DNA of 64,000 nt from an uncultured delta proteobacterium (GTDB lineage: Bacteria > Myxococcota_A > Polyangia > Polyangiales > Houyiibacteriaceae): positions 288,001-352,000 of the forward strand of contig CAVOVB010000001.1 in the NCBI GenBank assembly GCA_963699755.1, given 5' to 3'. The position numbers and the translations under genes are program-made. The notes under the pieces were generated by a model. The model was not told the origin of the DNA and made no database searches. It was given only the letters and a program-made list of their open reading frames with translations. This document shows, in pieces, positions 9,635 through 19,910 of the stretch (position 1 is its first letter; each line of letters opens with the position of its first letter).

Positions 9635-10903
9635 ATGATCGAAACGCCCCTCTCCCTCCCGAACGGCCTGACGCTCAAGAATCGAATCGCCAAGGCTGCG
9701 ATGACCGAAAATCTCGCCAACCCCGTCGATGGCGACCCGAACGAACGCCTCTTTCGTCTCTACCAACGCTGGTCGAATGGCGGTGCGGGCCTTCTCATCA
9801 CCGGCAACGTCATGATCGACCGGCGCTTTTTGGAGCAGGCGGGCAACGTGGTCTTGGACGCGAAGAGCAAATTCACGGCGTTCCAAGAGTATGCGCGCCG
9901 CGCGAAGTCCGGTGGCGCGGCCGTGTTCATGCAAGTGAACCATCCGGGGCGTCAGTCGAGCTTGTTCCTCACACGAAAACCCGTCGCTCCGTCCGCGAGC
10001 GGCGCGGTCAAGGTAATCGCGTCGTTCGCAAAGCCGCGTGCGCTCGAAGCCGACGAGGTCGAGGCCTTGATTCGCGCGTATGGCGCGATCGCTCAGCGGG
10101 CGAAGAAGGCGGGCTTCGACGGGATACAGATGCACTCGGCGCACGGCTATCTCGGGAGTCAGTTTCTCTCTCCCTTGACGAACCTTCGGACGGACCAGTG
10201 GGGCGGCTCGCTCGAGAATCGCGCTCGATTTTTGCTGGAGTCGATTCGGGCCGTGCGCGGCGCGACTTCCCCTGGTTTTGCGGTGTCGGTGAAGCTCAAC
10301 TCGTCGGACTTTCAACGAGGTGGGTTCACGCACGAGGAGTCGATCGAAGTTGCGCGCTTGCTCGACGCGGAAGGAATCGACCTGCTGGAGATCTCGGGCG
10401 GCAACTACGAGAGCCCCGCGCTCCTCGTCGGCGTCGACGACGAGCGGGCCGAGAGCACCAAGGCGCGCGAGGCCTATTTCTTCAAGTACGCCGAGGGGAT
10501 TCGAGAGGTGTTCAAGCGTCCACTGATGCTGACGGGCGGTTTGCGATCGGCCTCGGTGATGAATGAGGTCTTGCAGAGCGGCGCCGTCGATCTGATCGGC
10601 CTGGCGCGGCCGCTCGCGGTGGACCCGGATTTTCCGGCGAAGCTCCTCGGAGCGGACAAGTCGATTGTGTCGCCGGTGAAGCCGGTGCGCTTCATCAACA
10701 AGCAGATCAGCGCGATGGCCGAGGCGGGATACCACGGCGCGCAGATCGAACGGATGGGCGACGGCAAGGAACCAAACGCGGACCTATCGCCGTTTCGCGC
10801 GACGATGCACTACCTGGGCGCGCAGGTGCAGGGCTTCTTTCGCCTGATGCGGCGCCCGGCGCTGCCTAAGCAACTGGTGGCTGGGACTCAGGCGCCAGAC
10901 TAG
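9635..10903 (+). CDS. NADH:flavin oxidoreductase (old yellow enzyme family)
   Basis: NRIAKAAMTE, GFDGIQMHSAHGYLGSQFLSP, RTDQWGGSLENRAR, GLARP. Confidence 0.92.
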   Translation: MIETPLSLPNGLTLKNRIAKAAMTENLANPVDGDPNERLFRLYQRWSNGGAGLLITGNVMIDRRFLEQAGNVVLDAKSKFTAFQEYARRAKSGGAAVFMQVNHPGRQSSLFLTRKPVAPSASGAVKVIASFAKPRALEADEVEALIRAYGAIAQRAKKAGFDGIQMHSAHGYLGSQFLSPLTNLRTDQWGGSLENRARFLLESIRAVRGATSPGFAVSVKLNSSDFQRGGFTHEESIEVARLLDAEGIDLLEISGGNYESPALLVGVDDERAESTKAREAYFFKYAEGIREVFKRPLMLTGGLRSASVMNEVLQSGAVDLIGLARPLAVDPDFPAKLLGADKSIVSPVKPVRFINKQISAMAEAGYHGAQIERMGDGKEPNADLSPFRATMHYLGAQVQGFFRLMRRPALPKQLVAGTQAPD

Positions 10904-12363
10904 AAGTCGTGGGCGAGGATATTTTCGGCGCGTCGTACGATTTCGCGTCCGTAGTCGGTCCAGGTCCCCTGACCCCAGTAGCGGAAGCAGCTGGTTTGCG
11001 AACAGAGCAGATGAAAGAGCGCGTTGCGGTAGCGCGGATCCTCGGTTGGGATCCCGGGCTTCAAGACCTTCTCGCTGAAATGAGCGCTCAGCTTCTCGAT
11101 CGGGCCGAGCAGGTTCTCGTATCCGGCGACCCAGGAAATGCTGTTGGTCCAGCTCCCGCCATCCATGTGGAAGCTGCTGTCCTCGCGTTTGAGCTCGTCG
11201 ATGACCTTCTCGAGCCGCTCTGAGCCGGCACCAGCCTCGAACCGATCCCAGATCCGCTTCTGATGGATGGGCTGCAGGCCCGGCAGATCCCGCTCGGAAA
11301 TGCCCATGGCGAACAACTGTTCCAAGTACTCCGTCACGTTGACCAGCGGCACGTCGGTCGAGGAACACTCGCGCACCACCTCGAAATATTTCGACGGGAA
11401 CTCGTTCATCATGACGCCGCCGTTTTCTCCGTCGGCGATCTGCGTCACCAGGGGGGGAACGCTCTTGCCCGCTAGCTCGGTTCTCCGGAGGCCTTTGGCT
11501 TCGTAGTACGGCTGCATCTGTGCAACGAGCTTGGTGTCGCTTCCCTGGGTTTTGATCACCGCGACGATTTCCGCGGTTTCACCGGCGGCGCTTCGGCAAA
11601 CCAAGCGGTACGGGAGATGCTTCTGTGTCGGCGGAGATCCGGTTTGCGGCAACTCGACCGTGTGCTCCTGGACCAGGACCCAGTCGTAGCCGCATTCCTT
11701 GAGTGTGCGCACGAACTCATAGGCAACCTCGGGGTGGTTCGGAAGCGCCATCTCCGAGGGAGAGAAGCCACGCATCCGGCCAAGCGCCTCGATGCCGAAG
11801 ATGGAAGCGAAGTGCTGCTGAAAGGCGAGCACGTGCAGGCGATAGTCCTGCACCGGCGTCGACGGCGCCACCGCGTGGCCCCAGGGACAACCGAGCCACT
11901 CGACGGCGTGATGGTACGATGGGTTGCCCGTGATCGCCCGGAGGCCGTCGAGCACGTCGCTTCGACCCATTTGGCTGAGCCCGTGCAACAACTGGCCCGA
12001 GTACTCGAGCATCACGCGGGGTTCTTTGCCCTCTTCGATGAGCCGCGGGATGAACTCGCCCATTCGCTGGTAGCACCAGGCGAAGGGCGCGGCGTTGTGG
12101 TTGTCGCCGATGCCCGGATTCTCGAACATGAGCTGAAGGTTGCTGATCAGCTTCGCGCTCTTTAGCTCGGCGCCCCCGGCTGGGATCAGCGGCTGATGCA
12201 TGTGTAGGGCTACGGCGGCGCAGCTGCGGACCTTGGCGAAGTCCACTTGGCTTTCGTGAACAGAGGTAGCCCCATCGCGTGCCGCCTGCCGTGCTTGCGA
12301 CACGCGTCTCTCATCGCCAGAGATGCTGGGGAGTCTGTCGACGTGTTCCCGGGTCTCAGTCAT
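10900..12363 (-). CDS. glycoside hydrolase family 57
   Basis: LHMHQP, GFSPSEM (nucleophile), ADGENGG (acid/base), QTSCFRYWG. Confidence 0.85.
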   Translation of the reverse strand: MTETREHVDRLPSISGDERRVSQARQAARDGATSVHESQVDFAKVRSCAAVALHMHQPLIPAGGAELKSAKLISNLQLMFENPGIGDNHNAAPFAWCYQRMGEFIPRLIEEGKEPRVMLEYSGQLLHGLSQMGRSDVLDGLRAITGNPSYHHAVEWLGCPWGHAVAPSTPVQDYRLHVLAFQQHFASIFGIEALGRMRGFSPSEMALPNHPEVAYEFVRTLKECGYDWVLVQEHTVELPQTGSPPTQKHLPYRLVCRSAAGETAEIVAVIKTQGSDTKLVAQMQPYYEAKGLRRTELAGKSVPPLVTQIADGENGGVMMNEFPSKYFEVVRECSSTDVPLVNVTEYLEQLFAMGISERDLPGLQPIHQKRIWDRFEAGAGSERLEKVIDELKREDSSFHMDGGSWTNSISWVAGYENLLGPIEKLSAHFSEKVLKPGIPTEDPRYRNALFHLLCSQTSCFRYWGQGTWTDYGREIVRRAENILAHDF

Positions 12364-12405
12364 GGGTGGACCGGCGCAAACGCGGCGGCGAAGGGCGCCC
12401 CCTAC

Positions 12406-12942
12406 TCAACTCGGGCAGCCGTCGCCAGGGAGCCCTCGACAATTCTCGTATGATTCGAGGCATCCCCCAGCGTTCAAGCAGTCCAGGCACGAGGCGCTAC
12501 AGCTGTCGTCTTGGCAGAAGATTCGGCAAGACGAACCCTCCTCCAGGCCGCATCGCTCGAGCGCTCCGAAGCAGGCAGCGCATTCGACCGAAAGGCCGGA
12601 AACGTTCTCTTCGACACACTGGCTAATGCACTCCTCGTATTGTGCAGCATCGAATACGAAGCTCGCGCAGAAGGTCGAAACGTTTGTGAGCGAGCCACAT
12701 CGGCCCGCAACTTCGCGAATCGGAAGGCCTGCGTTCTCGATGGAGACGACGTCCGATGCATTGTCGCAAGCGCCTTTGGGCCCGCCGCCTACCCCTCCTT
12801 GGCCACCGAACCCGCCGGCGCCGCCGGCACCATCGGACGGAGCGCTGCCCCCAGGGAGAATCGGTCCGCCCCCAGCGTAAGTGGGCGGCTCCGCGTCGTT
12901 ACAGGCCCCGAGAAGCAGAGAAAAGCAGAGGATCCACTTCAT
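12406..12942 (-). CDS. Cys-rich lipoprotein
   Basis: lipobox LGAC; Gly linker; many Cys (SVECAACF, CLDCL, CRGLPG). Confidence 0.75.
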   Translation of the reverse strand: MKWILCFSLLLGACNDAEPPTYAGGGPILPGGSAPSDGAGGAGGFGGQGGVGGGPKGACDNASDVVSIENAGLPIREVAGRCGSLTNVSTFCASFVFDAAQYEECISQCVEENVSGLSVECAACFGALERCGLEEGSSCRIFCQDDSCSASCLDCLNAGGCLESYENCRGLPGDGCPS

Positions 12943-13133
12943 GGGGTGAGAGTGATCCCTTGCGTCGACTCGGTCAACCGAAGTGCGAGCGTCCCTGCCT
13001 GCGTCGGTGCAAGGGGTTTAGGAATGCGCGCTTTCGCAACGAAGCTCTGTACGCGATGGTTAAATGCAAGAACCCGCGTGCCAAAGCGCGCGGGCTCTCA
13101 CAGTGATGCTGCGATGGGCAGCTCTGGCTCTGG

Positions 13134-14039
13134 TCAGTTCACGGCGAAGTCCACGCCCGCGCCTTGAGCGTCGAAGGTGCAGACCGACTCGTCGACCGAG
13201 ACGAGCGGGTTACCGCCCAGGGTCAGGTCGAGGGTGAAGCTGCCGTCCCAGTTGACATTGACGGTCGAGCCCGTGCCACCTGTCGGGCCCGCCGCGCCCG
13301 AGCCTGCGGTGATCTCGCCCGGGGTTGCGATGACCAGGTTGTTACCGGTGATGTAGGCGCCGATGAGCTGCCCGGTTGCGGCCGCGGTCAGCCCGCTTCC
13401 AATCGAGCCCGGGATGCTGCCCCCGATAGAGGCGCCCGTCACGTCCGCAGCGATCGCCAAAGCGCCGAGCTCAGCGGCGTTGCCCAAGGTCGGCAGCAAG
13501 AAGTTCCCGGCTGCGATCGTCCATCCGGTGCTCAGGTTGTTGGCGCCGTCCGAGACGACATCGAGGGTGATATCCACCTGGAGCTGGATGTTCGTGTTGA
13601 GCGCGGTCACGAAGACCGTGCAACCGCCCGTTGCACCGGGGCCACCGCCAACCGGCGTGGTGTTCGCCTGCCAGAGGGTGCTGCCCGAACCGGCCGCGAT
13701 GACCGCGATACCGTTGCCGCCAGCGCCGCCTGCGCCGCCTGCGCCGGCCACGCCGCCGACTCCGCCTGCGCCGCCAGCTCCAGCCATGCCGCCTTCACCG
13801 CCACCGCCGCCTGTGCCGACCATGCCGCCTTCGCCGCCACCGCCACCTGTGCCGACCATGCCGCCTTCACCGCCGGAGCCACCTCCGCCGCCCATGCCGC
13901 CGCTGCCAGTCATGCCGCCGCTGCCAGTCATGCCGCCGCTGCCAGTCATGCCGCCGCTGCCCGCGGGTGTCGAATCGTCACTGCATCCGAACACCGTGAG
14001 TGTCAGTCCAAGCCCGAGTATCAATGCTGCTCTTCTCAT
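13134..14039 (-). CDS. Gly-rich lipoprotein
   Basis: GGGAGAAG RBS; lipobox VFGC; long GSGGMT/GGEGGM linker and a beta-rich C-terminal domain. Confidence 0.8.
   Translation of the reverse strand: MRRAALILGLGLTLTVFGCSDDSTPAGSGGMTGSGGMTGSGGMTGSGGMGGGGGSGGEGGMVGTGGGGGEGGMVGTGGGGGEGGMAGAGGAGGVGGVAGAGGAGGAGGNGIAVIAAGSGSTLWQANTTPVGGGPGATGGCTVFVTALNTNIQLQVDITLDVVSDGANNLSTGWTIAAGNFLLPTLGNAAELGALAIAADVTGASIGGSIPGSIGSGLTAAATGQLIGAYITGNNLVIATPGEITAGSGAAGPTGGTGSTVNVNWDGSFTLDLTLGGNPLVSVDESVCTFDAQGAGVDFAVN
13893..13961 (-). repeat. 18-bp tandem repeat (GSGGMT x about 4)
   Basis: CATGCCGCCGCTGCCAGT at 13893, 13911 and 13929; partial copy at 13947. Confidence 0.9.
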
Positions 14040-14417
14040 CGTTTCTTCTCCCCAACCAAGCCACAGGAAATAGTGACCGGAATCTCCTCACAAGTTCAGC
14101 CCCGCGTCAACCAGTCTTTTCGCGAGGTCGCCCCGGTCACCGGCGAACTTCCAAAAGCCGGCGGAAATGAGGCGAGATTTCAAACAGGGGAGTCTCCCGC
14201 GTCACCTGGTTATTCCATCGCGCTCAGTCTGCGGGGCCCGGCGCACGTTCATGAGAGTGCCCCGGTCCTCGAGGCGCAGCTCCACCGGCCGCGACACCTC
14301 GCGCTTCCTGCAGCTGGGGACTCAGCCACCGCGTGGGCAAGGGCTGTTGCTGGCATCCGCAGACGGGATCTTTCGTATTGGGAAGAGATGAAGCGAATTC
14401 GCATGTTAAGTTGAGGG

Positions 14418-15101
14418 ATGGCTCGGGTGCTCGTGTTTGATGTCAATGAAACCCTGCTCGATCTGCGGGCGCTCGATCCGACGTTCGAGCGCTTGTTTGG
14501 CGATGCGGCGATTCGGCGGCAGTGGTTCGGGCTCGTCCTTCGCAATGCGATGGCGCTCACGATCACCGGGGACTACGAGGACTTCATCGCCGTGGGTGCC
14601 GCGAGTTTGAACATGGTGGCCGAGCAATACGGGGTGACGCTCAGCGAAAGCGACCGGATCTCCATCCGGGAGACGATGGGAAATTTGCCGTCTCACACCG
14701 ACGTGCTGGTGAACCTCGAACGCTTGCATGGGGCGGAGCTTAGGATGGCAGCGCTGACCAACTCGCCGCTCGATGCGACCAGGCGACAGCTCCACAAGGC
14801 GGGGATCGCTCCGTTGCTGGACGAGATTCTCTCGGTGGAGGGGACCGGCAAGTTCAAGCCAGCGCGCGAGGTGTACGAGATGGCCGCAGCGAGGCTTGGT
14901 GTGGAGACGACCCAGCTTCGGATGGTGGCGGCGCACGACTGGGATATCGCCGGCGCGATGCGAGCTGGCTGCGCGGGGGCGTACCTCTTGCGAGCGGGGA
15001 TGGTGCTCAATCCTCTCTACCCTAAGCCGGACATCGTGGAGCCCGACTTCCATCGGCTTGCGAATCGGATCCTAGAAGTCGAGACGGGTGAGACGCGCTA
15101 G
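14418..15101 (+). CDS. haloacid dehalogenase, type II (HAD superfamily)
   Basis: FDVNETLLD, LTNS, KFKP, VAAHDWDIAGA. Confidence 0.9.
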   Translation: MARVLVFDVNETLLDLRALDPTFERLFGDAAIRRQWFGLVLRNAMALTITGDYEDFIAVGAASLNMVAEQYGVTLSESDRISIRETMGNLPSHTDVLVNLERLHGAELRMAALTNSPLDATRRQLHKAGIAPLLDEILSVEGTGKFKPAREVYEMAAARLGVETTQLRMVAAHDWDIAGAMRAGCAGAYLLRAGMVLNPLYPKPDIVEPDFHRLANRILEVETGETR

Positions 15102-15225
15102 TTTTTTGCGCTCTGCGTCTCAAGTGCTTGAAATCAAGAGAGTCGCAACGGGGAGCGTGTCCCCGAATTCGCTCGACAGAGGCGGGGGTTTCTTGCATTA
15201 GGTCGAGTCGGACAGGTTCGGATCG

Positions 15226-16434
15226 ATGGGCACTGAAGTCAGAAGCAGCGACAACCTACACGATGTTCGGTACGAAATACGCGGGCAGCTGGCGCAGCGC
15301 GCGCACGAGATGGAGCGTCGGGGGTACGAGATCATCTCGCTGAACATCGGGAACCCGGGGCTCTTCGGCTTCCGTACGCCGGAAACGATGCGCATGGCGA
15401 TGATCGAAAACCTCCCCGAGAGCGAGGCGTATTGTCATCAGAAAGGCATCTTCCCGGCGCGCGAGGCTGTGGTGCTACAGCAGCAGGAACGCGGCGTCAT
15501 GAACGTGACCGCCGAGCATGTGTTCATCGGCAACGGGGTGAGCGAGCTCATCGATTTGACGCTTCGCGCGCTGCTCAATCAGGGCGACGAAGTGCTAATC
15601 CCGAGCCCGGACTACCCCCTGTGGACCGCTTCGGTCACGTTGAACGGTGGCAGGGCGGTGCACTACCCTTGCCCGCCGGAGAAGCAGTTTCAGCCTGATC
15701 TCGATGCGCTGGCCGGCCTGATGACGGAACGAACCCGCGCGATCGTGATCATCAACCCCAACAATCCTACCGGCGCCGTATACAGTCGGGAAGTGCTCGA
15801 AGCGATGGTCGCGCTCGCCGAACGGCACAATCTCGTCGTTTTCAGCGACGAAATCTACGACAGCATGGTGTACGACGACGCGGAGTTCGTCCCGGTTGCG
15901 CCGCTGGTGAAAGACACACTCTGCGGCACTTTCAGTGGTTTGTCTAAGGTCTACCGCGCTTGCGGGTTCCGTGTCGGCTGGGTGGTCTTCAACGGCAGCA
16001 ATGAGCTCGCGAAGGACTACTTGCAGGGTCTGGACCTGCTCGCGTCGCTTCGTTTGTGCAGCAACGTGCCTGGGCAGTGGGGCGTGCAGACCGCGCTAGG
16101 TGGCTATCAGAGCCTGAAGGAGCTGGTTCGTCCGGGCGGGCGGCTCTACGAGTCCCGCCAAGCGGTGATCAGGGGCGTCGAAGCGAGCGAGTACCTGCAC
16201 CTGATTCCGCCGGGAGGAGCGATGTATGCGTTCGTCGGTGCCAACACAGACAAGCTGCCCGGCTTCGACGACCTAGACTTTGCGATGGAGCTCCTCGAGA
16301 CCCAGCACGTGCTCGTGACACCAGGCTCCAGCTTCAACGTCGACTACCACAACTACTTCCGCATCACGGTATTGCCGCAGGCGAAGGTCATCGACGACGT
16401 GTTTCGGCGGATCGAGAAGGTGTTGGGGGGGTAG
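15226..16434 (+). CDS. alaA: alanine (glutamate-pyruvate) aminotransferase AlaA/AlaT
   Basis: VRYEIRG, LNIGNP, NPNNPTGAVY, DEIYD, SGLSKVYRACGFRVGW, LRLCSNVP. Confidence 0.88.
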   Translation: MGTEVRSSDNLHDVRYEIRGQLAQRAHEMERRGYEIISLNIGNPGLFGFRTPETMRMAMIENLPESEAYCHQKGIFPAREAVVLQQQERGVMNVTAEHVFIGNGVSELIDLTLRALLNQGDEVLIPSPDYPLWTASVTLNGGRAVHYPCPPEKQFQPDLDALAGLMTERTRAIVIINPNNPTGAVYSREVLEAMVALAERHNLVVFSDEIYDSMVYDDAEFVPVAPLVKDTLCGTFSGLSKVYRACGFRVGWVVFNGSNELAKDYLQGLDLLASLRLCSNVPGQWGVQTALGGYQSLKELVRPGGRLYESRQAVIRGVEASEYLHLIPPGGAMYAFVGANTDKLPGFDDLDFAMELLETQHVLVTPGSSFNVDYHNYFRITVLPQAKVIDDVFRRIEKVLGG

Positions 16435-16541
16435 TACGAGCACGGGGCGGGACGGATTAGAACATAGCCCAAGCATTCGATTCAAAGCCCCGGCATGCCT
16501 CCGAGGAGGTCAAGAGGGACGTCACCGTCTGGGAGCTGCCC

Positions 16542-16994
16542 GTGATGGCACTTCACACCGTTTCGGATCAGTTGCGTGAGCAGGCGCCGATCGTGCCGCT
16601 GATCGAGGAGCGTCGGAAGAATCCGAAGGACGACGTGCTTTCCCAGCTCATTCACGACGAGGTAGACGGCGCGAGCATGACGCCGGAGCAGGTGAAGTCG
16701 AACGTGGCCATCATGTTCACCGCGGGTTCCTCGACGACGCAGGACTCGATCCGAAGTCTCGCCTATGGCGTTGCGACAACCGAGGACTATTGGGCGCAGG
16801 CTCGTGGTCACCCCGAGCTTCGTGCGAACGCGATCGAGGAAACGCTGCGCTGGCAGCCGGCCGTGTCCTTTCTTCCGCGCTTGAGCAAGAGGGATGGGGC
16901 AACGCCTTACACGAGCGTCTACCGAACCTCGAGCCACTGGAGCCGGAGCAATCGGCTCCGAGCGGAACGGTCTTTCGGCAACCAACGCAGTTGA
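16542..16994 (+). pseudogene. cytochrome P450 fragment
   Basis: DDVLSQL, I-helix-like TAGSSTT, EETLRW (ExxR); no N-terminus and no heme-binding FxxGxxxC. Confidence 0.65.
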
Positions 16995-17274
16995 AGTGCC
17001 GATTTCGAGGCACAGTGGAGCCGCTCGCGGCCGTGCTTCGCAGGGAGGTGACTGCAACAAGCCATTTGCCTTTGGCGACAATGACCACGGCCAGAGCAGT
17101 CGTCCGATACCTCGAGCCCGAACACACGCGCCACGCCGTGGACGCGGACGAGTCGTACAAAGCCAGTGCCCGCTGCCAAGTTAGGCGCGGCTCCATTGAT
17201 CTGTGCATTCGCGAAGCCGCAGACGTTGCGACCTTGCGAGCGCTTCATCTGAGCTGCTAGCGTCCCGGCGCAAG

Positions 17275-17667
17275 GTGAACGGTCTGCGTCCTCTAGTTGT
17301 TTCGGTTCTGCTGTCCTCAGCTGCGTGTCTGACAGCGTGCGGTGGCCAGGGAGAGGTTCGGAAGACGGGAGGCACGTATGCGGGACGGGGCCCCAACTGC
17401 GACTACCGGGTGATCCGCAATCGTATCATCGAGCCCTACGAGGAGCTCGGCGTCATCGACATCGATGCGTTTGCCGCTCCGCAGCTGCCGAACGACGAGG
17501 AACGCTTCCGTAAGATCGTGGGGCCCCAGGTCTGCGCCATGGGCGGCCATGCGGTGATTCCAGCGATCAACATCTACGGCCGTTGGGTTCAGGGAACGGT
17601 CATCCGGTTCCATCCAGCCGAATGCGATCGCTGCGAAACCGCGGCCATCATGAAAGAAGGGAGCTAG
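17275..17667 (+). CDS. hypothetical lipoprotein
   Basis: GTG start; lipobox LTAC; PYEELGVID...VCAMGGHAVI. Confidence 0.7.
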   Translation: MNGLRPLVVSVLLSSAACLTACGGQGEVRKTGGTYAGRGPNCDYRVIRNRIIEPYEELGVIDIDAFAAPQLPNDEERFRKIVGPQVCAMGGHAVIPAINIYGRWVQGTVIRFHPAECDRCETAAIMKEGS

Positions 17668-17673
17668 CGACCC

Positions 17674-18171
17674 ATGTTGATGGCCGGCTTGATTTCCCTC
17701 CTCACCGCGATGGGCGCCGCCCCGACGCCTCAAAAGCTCGAGAGCTACAAGCTCCACTACCGAGAGCGCATGCATCACGTTCACATGGACTTCTCGGGCA
17801 CGCGAGAGAAGATCGGATCTGGGCGGCGAACGAAGACCATGACGATCGGCCTCGGATACGAATACCACATCGACCGGCAGTTCAATGGCGTCTCGTTCGA
17901 AGTGCTCGGCCAGAAGCTCGGCAAGTTCTTCGGCAAAGGGCCGCAGGACTGGTGGGTCGGCGGTGGTATCGGCTGGTGGCCGATCCGACATGTCAAAGTC
18001 TTCATGCAGGCGGGGGCACTTTTCGACGACCTCGGGACCGCCACGACGGGTCGGGTGGGAGCGGGCTACAACCTGAACTTCTTCATGCTGGCCGTGATGC
18101 CGTACGTCTATGTTCAAACCACCGACGATGCTCGATTCAGTTGGAACATCGGGGCGCGGATCCAGTACTAG
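17674..18171 (+). CDS. probable outer-membrane beta-barrel protein
   Basis: signal peptide; alternating aromatic strands; terminal IGARIQY. Confidence 0.7.
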   Translation: MLMAGLISLLTAMGAAPTPQKLESYKLHYRERMHHVHMDFSGTREKIGSGRRTKTMTIGLGYEYHIDRQFNGVSFEVLGQKLGKFFGKGPQDWWVGGGIGWWPIRHVKVFMQAGALFDDLGTATTGRVGAGYNLNFFMLAVMPYVYVQTTDDARFSWNIGARIQY

Positions 18172-18177
18172 CCAGCC

Positions 18178-19842
18178 ATGCGACGCATCGAACCAGCTTT
18201 GTCGACTCTGTTCGCCCTCACGATGGCTATGCTCGGCTGCAAGCCGCCTCCGCCTACGACGCCGGCCGCGATCGCATCCGAGCCCAATCGGCTCTACTGG
18301 GGAGATACCCACGTCCACGGGAGCTACTCGCGCGAAGCCCAGGGCCGGGGATACCGCTCCGTGGACCCCGACACCGCGTACCGCTGGGCCAAAGGACTGC
18401 CCGTCGTTCATCCTCACACGAAAGCCAAGGTGCAGATCGAGACGTCGCTCGACTTCCTCATCGTCACCGATCATGCCGAGGGGCTCGAAGCTACGGACTG
18501 GAACGGCATGGTCGAAGCCGCAGAGCGACACTATGCGCCTTGCTCGTTCACCTCGTTCATCGGCTGGGAGTGGACCGCAGACTCCGATGGAAAGAATCTC
18601 CATCGCGTCGTCTTCATGAAAGACGGCCGAGAGCAAGCAGCCGAGTTCACGCCATTGAGCCCGGTCGACGGCCGCCGACCAGAAGATCTATGGGCTTGGC
18701 TCGAAGAAACGAGCGCGCGCGTGGGGACCGATTTCCTTGCGATCCCTCAGAGCTCGAACCTCAGCCGCGGCGCCATGTTCGCGGAGGTCGATAGCGAGGG
18801 GCGCCCCATGACCGCAGCGTATGCGCGCTCGCGGATGCGATGGGAGCCGGTGGTGGAGGTCACTCATATCAAGGGCGACGCCGAGACCCATCCGAGTCTC
18901 TCGCCGGATGACGAGTTTGCGGACTTCGAGAGATTTTCGCAGACGCCTAGAGACAGCTCCGAGCAGGCAAAGGCCGACCCGGGCGACTACGCGCGCAGCG
19001 GATTGCTCCGTGGTCTCGGCATCGACCAGGTCGTTGGCGCCAACCCCTTCCAGTTCGGGTTGATCGGCTCCACGAATTCACAGACGGGCCTCGCTTCGGC
19101 AGAAGAGGACAACTTCTGGAGCGCATCGGATTCGGATCCAGAGGCCGAGCGCGTGCCGGGGTTGGAATGGATCAAAGACAGCGACCTGAGCGCGCAGGGT
19201 CTGGCAGCCGTGTGGGCCGAGGAGAACACCCGCAGTTCGATCTTCGCGGCGTTCAAGCGCAAAGAAGTGTACGCGACCACGGGCCCTCGTATCCGGGTGC
19301 GCTTCTTCGGCGGCTGGAATTTCGACAAGAAGCAGGCCAAGAACGCGGGGATGGTCAAGACGGGCTACACCCTCGGATACCCGATGGGCAGCGACCTCAG
19401 CAGCGCCCCCAAGGACAAGGCGCCCGGCTTCTTGATGTACGCGGTGAAGGATCCCGAAGGGGCGAACCTCGATCGGATTCAAATCGTGAAGGGCTGGGTC
19501 GACAGCGACGGCAAGACTCACGAAAAGGTGTACGACGTCGTGTGGTCAGGCGACCGTGCGCTCGGACCAGACGGCAAAGTCCCGCCACTGGAGAACACGG
19601 TCGATCTCGCGACAACCGAGTACCAAGACACCGGTGGAGCGCCGACGCTCAGCGGCTTCTGGTCCGACCCCGCGTTCGATCGCGAGCAACCGGCCTTTTA
19701 CTATCTTCGCGTGCTCCAGATCCCGACGCCAAGGCACACCCTCTACGACGCGCTGGCCCTTGGCACGGACCCGAGCAAGACCGGTCATCCGCCGACGATT
19801 CAGGAGCGCGCGTATACCTCACCGATCTGGTACACACCCTGA
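18178..19842 (+). CDS. DUF3604 family (PHP-like) lipoprotein
   Basis: YWGDTHVH, DFLIVTDH, GWEWT, EVYATTGPRI, IQERAYTSPIWY; lipobox MLGC. Confidence 0.88.
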   Translation: MRRIEPALSTLFALTMAMLGCKPPPPTTPAAIASEPNRLYWGDTHVHGSYSREAQGRGYRSVDPDTAYRWAKGLPVVHPHTKAKVQIETSLDFLIVTDHAEGLEATDWNGMVEAAERHYAPCSFTSFIGWEWTADSDGKNLHRVVFMKDGREQAAEFTPLSPVDGRRPEDLWAWLEETSARVGTDFLAIPQSSNLSRGAMFAEVDSEGRPMTAAYARSRMRWEPVVEVTHIKGDAETHPSLSPDDEFADFERFSQTPRDSSEQAKADPGDYARSGLLRGLGIDQVVGANPFQFGLIGSTNSQTGLASAEEDNFWSASDSDPEAERVPGLEWIKDSDLSAQGLAAVWAEENTRSSIFAAFKRKEVYATTGPRIRVRFFGGWNFDKKQAKNAGMVKTGYTLGYPMGSDLSSAPKDKAPGFLMYAVKDPEGANLDRIQIVKGWVDSDGKTHEKVYDVVWSGDRALGPDGKVPPLENTVDLATTEYQDTGGAPTLSGFWSDPAFDREQPAFYYLRVLQIPTPRHTLYDALALGTDPSKTGHPPTIQERAYTSPIWYTP

Positions 19843-19910
19843 GCCGAGGCTGCGGCGACGCGACAAGCTGCGCCCTAGCGATTTCACTCGGAGCCGAGGA
19901 TACTCGTGCG

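Noticed and set aside
8855..10735. 626-aa minus-strand ORF
   Set aside because: Antisense to two well-supported + strand genes; Arg-rich shadow composition.
14040..14400. Possible ncRNA or gene remnant in this spacer (also 21800-22120)
   Set aside because: No recognisable motif or convincing structure by eye.
19167..19910. N-terminal extension of the aminotransferase ORF
   Set aside because: Overlaps the DUF3604 gene in another frame; homology starts at MFSKR (19911).
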